Below, one piece after another: positions 15,608 to 30,028 of a stretch of 64,000 nucleotides of DNA (position 1 is the stretch's first letter; every line of letters begins with the position of its first letter). The translations under genes were made by a program, and so were the position numbers. A model generated the notes under the pieces. That model saw only the letters and a list, made by a program, of their open reading frames with translations. It was not told where the DNA came from and did no database searches. The DNA lies in contig NC_134025.1 in assembly GCF_964204645.1 (NCBI RefSeq), positions 28,624,299 to 28,688,298 on the forward strand, written 5' to 3'. Origin of the DNA: Tubulanus polymorphus. Taxonomy: Eukaryota; Animalia; Nemertea.

Positions 15608-18600
15608 TTTATATCCAAAACATGTTCTTTGTGGAATTGATGTTTGAACCCGGTGGAATTGTAGCCAACCACGTGGCATACGAAAAAGCCACATAGTTGG
15701 CTATGCACCACTAAAGACTGAATAATCACACCACCTTCCATGACACAATCAATTGGCTGCAAAATTACAACCGTAATGGACCCGGCCATCCTAACGTTCT
15801 AATAGCAGCTGGCGAGAGGGTCGTAAAGCATCAATAACCCTTCCGACTATCGACAGGGGATAGAAACATTCTAGAATAAAACACGTTCAATATATCATTA
15901 TATGTCCATAATATTTCTCACTATTCACATATTGGAAGCTGCAGATGAATCGAACGAAGACATATCTAATACTGCAGATGAAAAGTACAGGCGTTGGACG
16001 TCGTATCGAAAAATGTGTATACCCTAAATCAAAATACTGTGTAATTGTTCACGTCAAGCACCAGAAGGATCGTAACTTTCTTTACCAAAAAACCCTGATA
16101 CTATATACGATAAACCGAATCATAAAATGAACGTGTATATGCAATATTATACAACGGATTGTTTGATTAATTTCTATGTGTGTTGGCTGTTGAAGAGAGT
16201 CTATCATGACAATGACCGTTGATGCAACAATATGTTGATGATCATTGAACGGACATTATTTCAGCCCGGTGGAAGCTGGTCTGTACCGAGACTGGTACAC
16301 ACATCGCCATAAAGATTTGATGGTATTTATCTCGTCTTTTTAAGCCACAACGAGGTCAACTCGTCCATATTGCCGACGAAGTTCCGTAATCAGATTATCT
16401 TTTATTCATAAGGAACAACTGATCTCGACTCTTCGACTCGCGTCTCTGCCATCAATGTCCGATCCCTCGCAGTTTCGACAAATTTTGCCGTCGCATCGTG
16501 TAATGAATTTAGTCTATTGACGGTTTAAAATCTATACCACATGAAGCAAGTCTGATGATAATGGCTATTCTGTCAGGAGAACGTGATTTTTTAGATTCAC
16601 GTCACACCGCGTAATCCTGGTCTGAATGGTAATATACCAGGTTATAGCGCCACGATGACCACACAAAATCCTCATGTACAGTTATATATTATCTATAAAT
16701 TGCTACCGGAGGCTATACATCGGCTTCAAAGGGTAACCCGGTCGCCACTGCCGCCGATATTTCCGTAAATTGAGAACTAAAGACGAGCTAATTTTATTTA
16801 CTGATGAAGTCGATGACCTACGGTGCAGTCAAGAATGGAAACAATCGAAGACATAGTAGAAAACCAATAACGACGTATATGCGATTTCACCGTGAACGCT
16901 TTAATGAATAGCAGTCAGACTGCGGTATCGAAATGATCATACTGGCCTCTCGATTTACTCATGAGAAACAAAAATCTAATCAGACTAAAAGCTTTCTGCA
17001 GTTATATAGATTATCCCGTGAAATAAATGACTGACGCGTTGCTCAAGTATCGAGGAAATATCGCAGAATCCGAACGCAATCTTTTATCATTGCGTCGATG
17101 AAACTAATCCTTATTTTCACAAACTTCATTGAAATCTTTGCGAAGAAAGGTCACACGGGATGAAACAACATAAATTAGAAAACGATCCGATAAAGTTCAT
17201 TTGTCGAGATATTCACAATTAATCGCGACAGACTTAGTGTCACACGACACAGGAAAAGTACTATATTGATGCGGTGAGATTTAGGAAAAAAAATAATTGA
17301 GTCTTCGCTGTATGCAGGGAAAGGTTAGTACAAATACATAAAACAACCTATGCGTAGGTTATTTTTGGACACGTATTTGTGCTCGAATGTGTACATCGCA
17401 TGATCAGAGCCAATATCTTCTTACTCTCATCTCGTTAGCTTTTATCAACAGCTTATATACTACATAAATGACCAGCCATATACACACATTCATCCGTCGC
17501 CATAATTACCTAAAATATATCTTTCATTTTCCGCGTATACGGAATGTATGTATATCTATTTTGTCTGCGTAGGCGACACATTAAAAATGAATACTTACTT
17601 TTTTCCTGGCGTCTGTGTGCTTTCCGTTAAGTGACCTAAAGTATAGTACATAATTGAAGCGAAATAATTAACACATTCCATCCATAAAACTTTTTTGATA
17701 GTTCCCCGATGTACAGCGATATTTGATCAGATGTCACTACAATAGCCATTTGCAGCATCCCTTTCTCGTCGGTCTGACAGTAATTTTCCCTCACCACGCG
17801 CTACCCTCAACGCTTTTGAATAATTTATCTCATGTCAGGCACCTAAGAGACTTAACGTGTTTGACTTTCTGAAGGAATATCGTTCCACGCAGGTTGTAAT
17901 TAGTTGTGCATACATAAGAGATAATAACAGGTGAACGATATTTCAAATTGTGCTGCGCATCTCTTAAAATTCATCTACAGTAACATGTATTACTTATGTA
18001 GGGTTTTACTCAATTGGCAGCCTTTGTTTATCATATATGTTCTAATATTTTGGTTAATCACATATCAGTTATACGTCGATTTTAGTCGAAAAATAAAGAT
18101 AATGATATACTAATAACGATAATTGTAATTATGTACGTCGGTGGAAATAGCAATTGCGTAATTGAATAATTGGGTAATTAGTGCGTTATTTGCTTAGATT
18201 CGAATCGAGCGTCGCACAAAATCGTCGATCATTATTCCGTGCCAGTTTTTATGAGGTAGAATAGAAGAGCCTCCATCCAGCCGTTATGGGTCAACATATG
18301 TCCAAATAGCCATAAAACCTGCTACACGAATATTGGGAAAACTTCCTTAAACGTACATCGGAGAATCATTCAAACAAATTATCAATCTCTTTTCCCGCAC
18401 TGCATTTGCTAAGGTTTCTGCATAAACGGCTTTTATTTCTTTATGCGGCTTATCAAAAAGGCTGAGTCGCGAGATATAAGGTCAAAAAGACCGAAGTAGC
18501 CAACGTCTGATATATAAAGTGACCGTAATGATATAAGCAAACCAATGGGAACATGAAACAAGTCAAGTAGTAGTGTGATTCATACGGTCTCACAGATCTA

Positions 18601-21600
18601 GGGGTGAACGTATCTTTTTAATAGCGTATATCTGTCTATCGGATAATAGAACCAATGCGAAGGGCGTAAGGACAATGATATCTGAGAGTGTCCTGAAATA
18701 TGGTTATAGAATCAAAATGAATCATTTTTCTTACTCAAAATGAATCATCTTTCATACCGAAACGATTTCATTTCTGATCGGTTTACAATGAAATAATGAA
18801 TCCGATGACTCTTTATGGTTTTACTTTTCACTTTAGTGTAATTTGTTAACTCAACTATAAGCCTTCTTCAACTTAATGCATTTTCAAATACCCAGGGAAA
18901 TTAGAAATTTGATATAGAGATTTTCTCTTTATCTGACAAGCACTGACCATCTATACCACTCATCTAGGTTTGAATCTTCATAGGAAGTAATTTCTCGATA
19001 CTTTGATAACTAAGTTACCGGAAATTTTCACCACACTGGTTCTTGAAACGCCTCGGAATTATGAATACGACAAACCAGTATTCTATCACGATAATCCACG
19101 AAAAACCACAGCGCAATGTTTGCCGCTCATTGTGCAGATGCGATCCCCCGAAGGATACAAACGTCTACAACATGCTATATGTTTGTAAAAACAACGACGT
19201 CTCGGCTGAATATAAACATAAGGATATTGTCACAATATCAGGTCGTATTCATATCATGTAAGATATTAATTCAGTTAGATATAGCGGGCTAGCGGCGTAA
19301 TGATAAGGTAAACAATTGAGGACAGATTGGGAGGAATGGCAAATGACCACTAGCACCCGGACACGGAGAAAAGTTTTTGCTATGCCGGCGAGGTACACGT
19401 TCCTGTTTGGCGCTGCAAATCAATTTATAGGCGAGAATTCGGAAGAAATTTCGACGCTCTGTAAAATGCGATGTAAAAGGTGGCAAAATACATAATTGAT
19501 GCCGACATTAGATATCATCATACGATAATGATAGCTTGTGATGGTGGATGGATTTGAGTAGCAGGCATCAGCCTTGTAAATAATTGAGTACACATAATCT
19601 AACCGGTCCCGCTGTGCTCTAACATAAATCAAATTGATGCAACGCTTTTAGTCGGGTGAATGTAATTAAAATATTCCCAAGATGAATTTTATAAGAGATT
19701 ATTCCCATTTACATATTAAACCCCATTAGTAAAAGAGCATCAATGTATCGGAGAATCAAAAAGGTTCTCTGTTATTATCCCCGTATAGGGCACGAAATCC
19801 ACACTTCCAATATTAAAAATCAATCGAACTTGAAACATGAAGTCGAAAGAAATTGCATCTCTATTTGGTATTGTTCTATTAACGTAGCTGTTTGAGCGAG
19901 GGCTTAGTTTGAACGCGTGTAAATTGATCGCATAAACCACCCACAAATTCCATTTCAGTAAATCTCCAGCTATATCATACTTCTGTGGAGGAGGATGATC
20001 GACGTAATTACTGATATCGATAATAGTCAAACGTTGAACACATCGAAATGATAACGAGAAGGAAGGCGTCTGCCATCTATCCACCAGAATCAGCGGTATC
20101 GCGTCAAAATGATTCGTGAATTCATGCATCTGAAGAAATACATGGTATATATAAGTTTTGCGTGTATGATTTAATTCATTTATTCGATTGAATCTGTACA
20201 AAATCAATGCAAACTGAAAGGTTAAGTTAAGAGTTGGCAGTGGTGAAATTATGTTTTACGCTACATTTCCCTTGCCCCATCTATCGTAATATCGCGTAAC
20301 GTTCCGAGCGATGAAACGGTTGCGCTTACGGAGAAGGGCAGCTATAAAGAGTTGTTGTATGATAGATTTTCTGCCGCCGTGAAGACATTATTATAGGCAA
20401 CATTTTTCTATCGGTTTAGACAACGGTTTTATTTCTAGACTTTACCAGAGAAAGGAATGCCGAGGGCGGTCGATTCTAGATTTTTTTAGATAAGTTTAGA
20501 TTTCGTCATTTGAAATTAATAATTTGATTTCCGAGTGTCGTTGTACATCAGTAAAAGACGCCAAAATTACAACATATACGAACAACGACAAATATAAGCT
20601 GATTTATAACGAATAACGACGACAAAATACAACTAACACGTGATAATCTATGGGATACATTGAGCCTACAGCGACATAAACAAGCAGAATCAGATAGATA
20701 ACAATTCAACATTCCACAGTGGTACATTATGATTTTTTTCAGTATGTTTTATCGATGATGATAATGAAGCAGGTGGTATTTGGGATAGAAAAATCGATAG
20801 GATATTCGACGACCTTTCATCCCAATTGATATGCATGAGAGGAAACTAATGATTTCATGTTCAAAGTCTGCTTTCAGGAAAAGCTTATGGCATTATTTTC
20901 AGGTCGTATGATCTTTAAATCGCCACTAAACACACGCGTTCATACACACGTACTTATCTCAGATCGATTTAGTTTTAATATGAGAGAGGCGAAAAATGTA
21001 ATAGAGAAGATTCCCTTCTAAGAGGCGATTTTCGGATCAATGCCGCTAAAACTAACCCCCTGTTTCGCTCCCGACAGGTGTGGTGGGTCTGTAAGGGACA
21101 CCCAATCAAAAAATCAAACGAAATTTACCAACCAAATAAATAACAGGGATAATCCCTATTTTAAGATAAGAAAAACTATCCCATTGCTGTTTTCTACCCT
21201 TGTCATTTTGTTTGGTTTTTATATCGATATCGGTGTGGTGTCAATATTTGTGACCAGTTTCATAAAATGCATATCGTGTTCATTATTCGATTTATTTCTA
21301 CATCAAAACATATAATGCACGGTTTTTTAGTGGAGAACAAACACAACGCAGGAAGAAAAACGATTAAGCCGACAACAACAAAAATACGTGTCCATAATAA
21401 TTCTGGTCATCATCGGTCCTGCACGATTCATACAGCAAACTACGGACGATCTGAAAATTGGGGAAAAGAAGACGATATCAGTGATAGGATGTTAGGAATA
21501 CTGACGACCAAACAATGGCCATCAATTCAATGTATGAGACTATAAATATGTAATATATCGATCGTTCAATCAGTCAATCAATCAATCAATCAGTCAATCA

Positions 21601-24600
21601 AGCGATTATATCGTCTGTTTCGATTTATTCCAATCTGACAAGGTTCAACTGAAAAATACCGTCGAACCGAAAAAGATTTATACAGTTTCACGAAAAAGAT
21701 ATCTGAATAAACGTATATGAACTATAAATTTCTGTATTTGGTTGAAACGAGCTCTGAATATATGAATATCTCATCGACAATCATTGATCGTATACACATC
21801 AGTAGACATTTTCACTTTGTGTGAACAACATTATCGTAAATCTTACTTATCTACGCTTTATACGAACTTCATTATAGAGAATATTTCTTGAAATTAATAA
21901 ATCAGCGATACTGAAAAACAACGAAATTGGAAATTATGTTCTAAGCTCGTGATATCCATCGCGGCGTATCAATATTCGCATGAAGATGTCAGTAACTGTG
22001 ATTGTGAAATGCGTGCTCTTAAACTGGTCAAACCGGAAAGAAATTAGAAGAGGGGATTACAAGAAACATTCATAGGGACACGTCATCCAAACATAAACGT
22101 ATGTCATTTTCCATACATTGTTTGTTTAAGGATGACAACAGTTAGAATGAGTTCATTTAGAATAATTCAACCCTGGATTCACAGTTTGACACCGTCTTGT
22201 AGTTAGAGATCGACTTATCGAAGTAATCAACTTATTTTGACACTAAGCCTAATTCAACTCGCAACAACAGACCTGATGAGCACTGGAAACATGTAGACGA
22301 AGTGAACATAGTCATAGAAATACAACCTAACATCGTAATGAAAATAATTTCAATTTCAACGTGTTGGTTTACTCGTCTCTTCCTCAAAATAAGAGACCAT
22401 ATCCGCCAAGCATGCCGCAAAGGAACCGGTTCAACTAACAAGCCATGAATCAGAAAATACTAACGACGAAACCAGCCTAATTGCATCAATCTCACTGGCA
22501 TTCATCTCCGTCAGTTACTCACCGTCACTTTCTTTCACATCACCACAGATAGAGGATCCTTGTCGCTGAAATATCTCCAATTGTGCAAAGATCGAAGTAG
22601 ACCACGTGGGATCATGGTAAATTACCGCGCTAAATAACTTGTAAATCCAGTAACAAACACCCAATTCTTTAAGAAGACGACTCACGCTGATTATTTGGAA
22701 GATGCTGGATATGAGGTTTCCGTCACAGCGAGGAAACCAAACGTATAGAAATGTTTCGATGAATAGCGACAAGGTCATAATCTCCTAGAGGTTGTAATTT
22801 CAATCTTACACACATTAGTTGAATGTCCGCGTATATATGTTCTTGCAATCGACCAAATAGCCATGCGAGGACATATCAACCACTCATACGGTTTTCTTTT
22901 AATTCGTGAAAATACTTCTGAATTTCTTCTTTAAATGTTTGTATGTATTTAAGAGTTTTTCCTACGTATTTCCTATAAGATTGTGAAATGAAATATCCAT
23001 TTTCAGCTTTAGAAACACGTCTCACATTTATAAATGTAAATCTATCTGCTACTTATCTCCACAAATCACCAACCCCTCAAGCATCTTCCAGCTCTACGCG
23101 ATGTTAGTAGTTAGATATCTCCGAAATGTAAAAAGCGTTGATGACTAGAAAAACAAGGAGCGCGTCTTGGTTTAAATTACTTATTGATATTCTATAGAAA
23201 GTTATATCAAGCAGGAGAGTACGTCATTGTGAAATAATCATTAGGCGAATGTAATAGTGTGTGTGTAAGGTCAACAACTACAACATCATCTTCACTTACA
23301 TCAAGGAACCGCAAAATGTGTTTCTTAACGACGCTTGAACAAATATACACAAGCAGTACATGTATGATAGTGACAGAACATAATGATTAAACTTCCCCAA
23401 AATTCTTCAGAGAATGAATCATGCTTTGTATACTCCTAGAAACCTATATTCATTTCAGTCGACCTTAGCAAACGAAACTTCAAGGGAAGACATCTACTAA
23501 TTTACCACCATATTTGGATTAAGTCACCAGATCCTTCTTCTTGTCGTTCGGTGTATGGTGGATAACTCTGATAAAGGTCAACGAAACTCGTCGATGATGC
23601 TGAAGATTTAATGGTTTTTTCAATGAATAATCGACAGGTATATGTGTACCCAGCCAGACTATAAAAATGTGTTTACCTTTTCCTACACGCAAATCTTGTT
23701 TGGCCAGGCAATGTAGCTTAATGTACCATAAAGGTTTTCTGTTTGTTTTGCTCATCGTACATTTCTCCCGAAGGAAGTATGAACCACCAACGATTAACTT
23801 GTTGAAATACCTGGTTAAATTTGAAATCTACGGCACAAAAAAATCCTCAATCCCGTTTATGATTCAATAATGTAAACAGGAAACATCGTCTGAAATATTC
23901 TGATTAACTGCGTCAATTTGTGCGCGATCCGTGCCTCAATCAAGAGTCAAAAGCAGATCTGAGAGCCGTGTAAGCCATTTCATATTGAAGCTGCATTCAT
24001 TTGAAAGCCCATCGAGGAGTTCTTAATACCAGCTATTACAAAAAGCAACTTGGATTCTAATGGAAATTTGTAGTTGATGGAAAGTGTAGGAGGTGGTGGC
24101 TGAGATGAAAATAACGCTACGCAGTTCATTCTATTCCCAATTGTTCACGAGGAACAATTAGAACAGCTTTGTGATGTAAGAAAAAAATATCGCGCTGAAA
24201 GTTGCGTTTGATGGACAAAATTAACACTGCCGGCTGCATTTACGACAAATATTGCAAACCGCGTGTGCGCAGAAAACCTAAGTAGATTAAGAAGACAAGT
24301 GTTAAAATCAGACTTCCCTCTTTCGATCTCAGTAACCATTGATGTCTGGCTCGAGGGACAGCTTTGAACGGATTAATTTGGCTTGTTATGAGTTAGCATC
24401 AAGACGGCGCGTAGCTGATTTACACAACCGCCACAAACCTGGACAAACGCAAACAGCTGAAACGGGCTCTGGTGGTAATGTATATGGCCAATTTCTATCG
24501 AACAAGTGTCCTTATTGTATCATATGAACGTGGAGCCGCCATATCAAGATGCGCAAAAAACTAATGACTGAAAATCTGAAGTAGTATACACACCTACGTG

Positions 24601-26823
24601 TCAGACATTATAACTATCACCTATAGAGATATACGTAACAAACAAGCCTTTAATGTATCAAATAACATACATCGCATTAGGAGTAACTTTGTCGAAAAAA
24701 CTTTCTATGTTGAGATTCGGGAAACATATTTCGTTTTTAAATTGATTTTTAGATGCGTCTCTGAAAGAAGAGTAGACCGGATAAAATACGACATTTCTTT
24801 ACTGAATTCATGATGTAAACATGCTTGTGCAGTAAACGATGAACAGAAATTCAATTCATGTGAGATAAGATGGCCTATGTTTGAAATAGATTTACATGGC
24901 GCACTTGCGTATCAAGTATTTCTGAAAGATCTATTCAAATAAAAGAACTCCATTAAAAGTGTATCACATTACGATATACTGAACACGACGACTACAAGAA
25001 CCGCAGACTGAATACAGGAATTCATTTTAACTGTCGAGGTTTTAATGACGTTTCTAAGAAAAAGGGTCCCAGATTAGAAATAGCTGATTTACCGGCAGTG
25101 AACCCCGGCTACAATAAAGCCTGTGGGCGGCGAATTTCAGATGCGTTTTTGTCGATGTTTTTCATGTAATTGGCCAAAAACTTGTGAAGCGCAACCTGTC
25201 AGTTATAAGCAAGAAATTCAATGTAGAATTGAGAAGAAGATTAGTTTCAAACATCATCGAAAAATTGCTTTAGTGCGGAAACTATCTCTGAGCTATATTT
25301 CATTTTCAGTTAATGATCCGTACAATATTCAGCACATATGTCAAGAACATTGTCAAATGGTAATTAGCCATGTCCCCATTCCACGTCGTAGCTCAGACAC
25401 AATTTCTATCACAAGCTGACATTTAAAATTTACTTCTCAGAAATCCTCTTCTATATGTCTATCACAAAAACGTTATGAAACTGCATGAATAAATGGTTAT
25501 TTTCTACATGCATTTGAGCCGATGAAGATTATTTGAAAAAAGGAATCTTTGTTCATGCTGAAAATGAGGTGTGCCGAGTGTAATTGATTCCAGGATGGAG
25601 GAAGCTGGTAATTTGAAGTTTTCATCAGTCAAACATTGACAAGATGCAAGTTAGGAGAACCGCCATTTAAATAGTTTATCATCCGAAATCATTAATTACT
25701 CACATCCCACTTCATTGATCAGCAAACACCGGATCGTATTAGATATTTACTTTGAAATCGATAAGACAAACTAGGAATGGGTTAGTTACTAGAAATTGGT
25801 GATTATTTCTGAGTAGAGTAGACTTTTGTCGAACCATCATTGAGATGATGCAAAGACGTCAGCTGCAAACCACTTGATTTACGTTTTACACTTGAAGAAG
25901 TTGATGAAAGAGTTGACGGGAACCTACCACCTTGAAACCGGGGACGGATTTGCGTAACATATTCCAGTAATTAATACTGTATGTAAATTGATGCAGAGTT
26001 GTTCGATAAGACGTCCACGGATAGAGCTCTCCTGTCACCAAATGCTCTACGTGATAAGTAACAAATATCTGAACTGTCTCAACACATCTTGCCATTAATG
26101 GACACATCAACCGGCTATATGGCTATATGTGTCCGTGTGAAGTGACACATCTGGATTTATCTACCAATATCAAACACGACGATGGATACCTCTGAAATCG
26201 GCTAAGAAACGGAAGGGACCAAGAAATGCACATCGACCTATTGATGCACACGCTAATGGGTCAGGGACGTGTGGGAATATGAAATAGGATTAGGAAGAAT
26301 CACAGAAACCATCAATTTGTAGTCATCTGTCCATCATATATAAATAAAGGTTTCATGCGAAACATCTTAAGGGAATACCAAGTCCAGAAGTTACAATTGT
26401 ATATCGATGTGTACATCAATTTGATAGATATTTCGTTTTCTCCTTTCCGAGATTAATGCGTATAGCCTACGATAGCGAAATCATTTTGGTCTTTTTATAG
26501 GTTTACATCAACAACTTACGTAATGTTTAGAAATTAATTGACATTAGAATTATTTGACTCAGTTTGTAAAATTGGCAACAAAATAAAGCATGTCATCTTT
26601 GATCAACTGTAATATTCTTCTAAAAATAAAAGTACGTGCTTGTTTTTAATACTCACTCAAGTTTTGCGATCGTAAATCCCGAATCATGCACTTTTTTTCC
26701 GGTTAATGTCTCTTTATATGAGCAGTAATCTATATATCCCGCAATGCGAGTATAATCAACAACCAGACAGTCTCAGACGATCGAGTCGCATCCAAGATCC
26801 AATCGTGATGCCGCTGCTGCACT
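15608..26823 (-). other. Candidate spliced non-coding exons (long 5' UTR of a gene left of the window, or a lncRNA)
   Basis: Minus-strand blocks with canonical splice signals: 26657-~26823 (TCAGT Inr-like start, GTGAGT donor), 22523-22784 (ctctag / GTGAGT), 17599-17635 (actttag / GTAAGT), 15608-15870 (ttattctag / GTAAGA). The joined ORF is not recognisable, and such signals also arise by chance. Confidence 0.3.
21566..21601. repeat. Imperfect (TCAA)n microsatellite
   Basis: tcaatcagtcaatcaatcaatcaatcagtcaatcaa. Confidence 0.8.
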
Positions 26824-27883
26824 GATTTTTAACGATAGATTTTATTCGTTTAATTGAGACGAGAGACCGTTTATATTGGCTACTGTTACACGTGCTGAAT
26901 TGACGGAGGAAAGCGTGTGTGTGCTGGTTTTACGAGGACACCGAGATCACTAACTCGCACACATCATCAACGACAAAATCAATAGAACACGAACTCTCAA
27001 CTATTCCCATCAGATAGATCTATAACATTTCGAAATCAAAACAACTAATCTATATCTTACGCAAGTTACTTCGTAAAAAGCTACAAGATTTAGTATTTTG
27101 AACAGATAATTTTGCGATTGCAGTTGTAGGCTCCGGGAAATTTTCAGTGGTTCGTGAGATGAGCGTTGAAACTTCTCGATTGTCAGTTTCGTAGGCGTAA
27201 ACTGAATTTGATTTTCAAGGTAATGTTATTGTTATCTAAAAGTTGCGAGTAGTTGAAGTAAAGGTGTCACGCTAAAAAAAGGAACAGCAATTTCCGACGA
27301 AGAATCTCCATGAGCCGCTTGTCCACTTATACAAACAGCTGAGGACGTGGAAGTAATGCACGGCTGAAAATTGGTTTCACATTACGTGTCTCGCAGAAAG
27401 ATAGACATCTTACTTTCTACCATTAGCATCAGATATAGCAGACCGGATATTCTCTAAACCTCGCGCGTTAGGGCTCCGATGTCAGCGGTATATTTTCTTT
27501 ACATACTTTCAACTTTCATCGAAGTCTAATAATTTTCACTACGATTGTGAAGGAAGCGCCCACGATAATGCATTTAAAATATTTGGTTTTGAAAACATAT
27601 TGGAGATGTATCTTAACCTTGGCAAACTTCGATTCATGTTCACGCCTTTCACGATATTCTTACACGGTAGAATCGATGGAAGACATGCCTCACTACTTTA
27701 GTTTTATCTTACGAGTATAAACAAAGAAAATGCGTTCTCGAAGACAGAGAGAGAGAGAGAGGTTCATATCCAATTGCAAGGCATTATCGCAATCGGGACA
27801 TAATGCTATGACTTTGTATAAAAGCTGCAAATGTCATCTGATGGGAAATAAATAAATAGAAAGGTAGGTATAAAGGTTGTACA

Positions 27884-27963
27884 GTGACGCGTCACGAACA
27901 GTCGAAACAGATTATACGGATGACGCATCGTAGAGGCGGAGGCGTAACTTTACTATGACGCAA
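27884..27963. promoter_or_regulatory. Cluster of CRE-like TGACG elements
   Basis: 12-bp palindrome GTGACGCGTCAC plus TGACGCAT and TGACGCAA within 80 bp; TATAAA motifs lie just upstream at ~27817 and ~27868. Confidence 0.3.
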
Positions 27964-30028
27964 AGATGAAAATCAAAAACATCTTTTTTTCACTTATGAC
28001 AGAATCTGGTGCTTGCGTAAAGAATTGAAGCTTTCCAATAATTAACGTTTGCTTCAGGTGCTTAATTGCTAAACGGTAATTCCGATATAGAATTTCCGTG
28101 GCGCAACCGAGAGCGGTACATGACGTTCCTCAGATGCAACCAATTTTCCCGTGGAATAGGTGTACTTGATACAACTACCCAGTGAATCAGGACGCGTATT
28201 GCATCTCCCTAGAAGGCATTCAGTTCTTTATTCGCTTGAATGTTTTAGATTAGATTCTGTACGGATAGATAGCAATTAGTTGAAGCAAATTTCAAGCAAT
28301 TATTCCCCGAAAACGTTCGATTCAACAGAGCCACTTCACTGCGCTATCCTGTTGATAACACCTCTGGAATCAATTTTTTCTTTTTTAGAACTGCAATGCA
28401 GTGGAAATACAATTATTGGAATACAATTTTGAGGGCAGAGCCTAATTTTTGTAGGTGCCCGGAAAGAGAGGCGTACAACATTTATTGTAAGATGTAGTTC
28501 TACAAAACCATGTTTCCTCCATTTGGAAATACGGGGTCTCATTACGAGGAAGGAGTTATCAATATGAAAACCATCCGTGTTTAAATAGGAAAAGTCGTCC
28601 ACGTCAGTTTAAGTTTAGAATACTAAAATGCGCGCTTCTGAACAGCGTTATGTGATATTTTGATTTCACCGCGGATCATGAACCTCATAAACGAATAACA
28701 CCCGATCCGCCCCTTCAATTCATTATCATCGTCATCCGAATGACAACGTTTTCGAATTCGATATCTCCGCACTCCGGAAATGCATTGAGAAATTATTTTT
28801 AGAAGCGAAAAACGTCGCATCAACTCAACTTTCTGCATTGATCTCTACCGGTGAGGCTGCATTCGGGAAAAATTTCACCGTCAATATGAATTTTTGAAGT
28901 CTCTCTCGAAGGCTTTTTTGTTTTTATTTTTATTCCCATCGACAAAAATCAAGCCTCAGGTGCAAAGAATGTTACGACGATATTACGTGTCCATTACATT
29001 ACAGTATGACTCAATCTAACATTCTCCGCTAACAATAGCCAGTAATGCATTCAATACTTGGAGCATAGAAAAAATACATTAATCAGATTACTAGCAATCA
29101 AATCGCTTTCATCAACGAACGCTTCACTGACCGCTGTTGATTGATTGATGATATGCCATATCCCTTGACCACGCAATGGCAAAATATATCGTTCAGCTAC
29201 AAGCCAATTGGTACAAAACATATTGCATATTTCTATGAGGTGAATACGAATTTTGAAATCATCTTAATGTGGTTCGATGAAAGAGTTGTTTGGATTTTAT
29301 TCATTTTTTTACGCACAATGTGAATTGATTCCAGATTCAGGAATCCAGATACGAATCTCAAGTTGGTTGAGTATCTAATGATTCGGCGAGTTTAGTTAAC
29401 CAGTTTGTTACGTCATCCGTGAAATTCTATCAGCGTCAGTTATTTATGAAGCTGCAGAATGAAGATCAATTCAGCCGAGCTCAATCTATTGATAACACGG
29501 ACTAAGGCACGATTGCTACCATTTCACGTACACAAACCGAAACGTTTTTTCACACATAATGGATCGCCTTTTTACTAACCAGTCATGCTGTAATTCTAGC
29601 CTGAAAACGATTGCAGTCGTGTGGGTGGGCGAAAATGCTTTCCCTCGATCGCAAACTGCAGCTGTCCCGATATAAGATTCCTGTCTCCGTTTGACCGTCA
29701 CTGCATGTCAATCGTTTGCTAACGGTAGCGGGATCACAGTCTGATATGCGCCACTAGGCCGCTTATTCGGTTCGGGTATCGGGATAAGTTGCGACAAACG
29801 CTAATGTTAAGTGAATTAGATCCTTATCGAACGATTATTGCACGATGAAAACTGAAGTATTCAATTAATCTAGAATAATTTGTAAATAAGTGTAATAGGA
29901 TTTATAAGAGTCACAATCAGCATCCAGAGTTGGGCTTCTGGCTTCTGAAAGCCACGTGATTGCGGCTGTAACTGCTCGATATTAAGAAAAGTGTTAGGCC
30001 TACACGCAAGTTACCAAAACACGACAGA

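Noticed and set aside
19740-20207. 155-aa minus-strand ORF
   Set aside because: Non-ATG start and a composition typical of translated AT-rich non-coding DNA.
20236-20277. miR-34-like hairpin (TGGCAGTG seed)
   Set aside because: Only the seed matches, and the stem is short and bulged.
22273-22291. Hammerhead ribozyme core (CTGATGAG...GAAAC)
   Set aside because: Stem II cannot close and no flanking stems I and III are evident.
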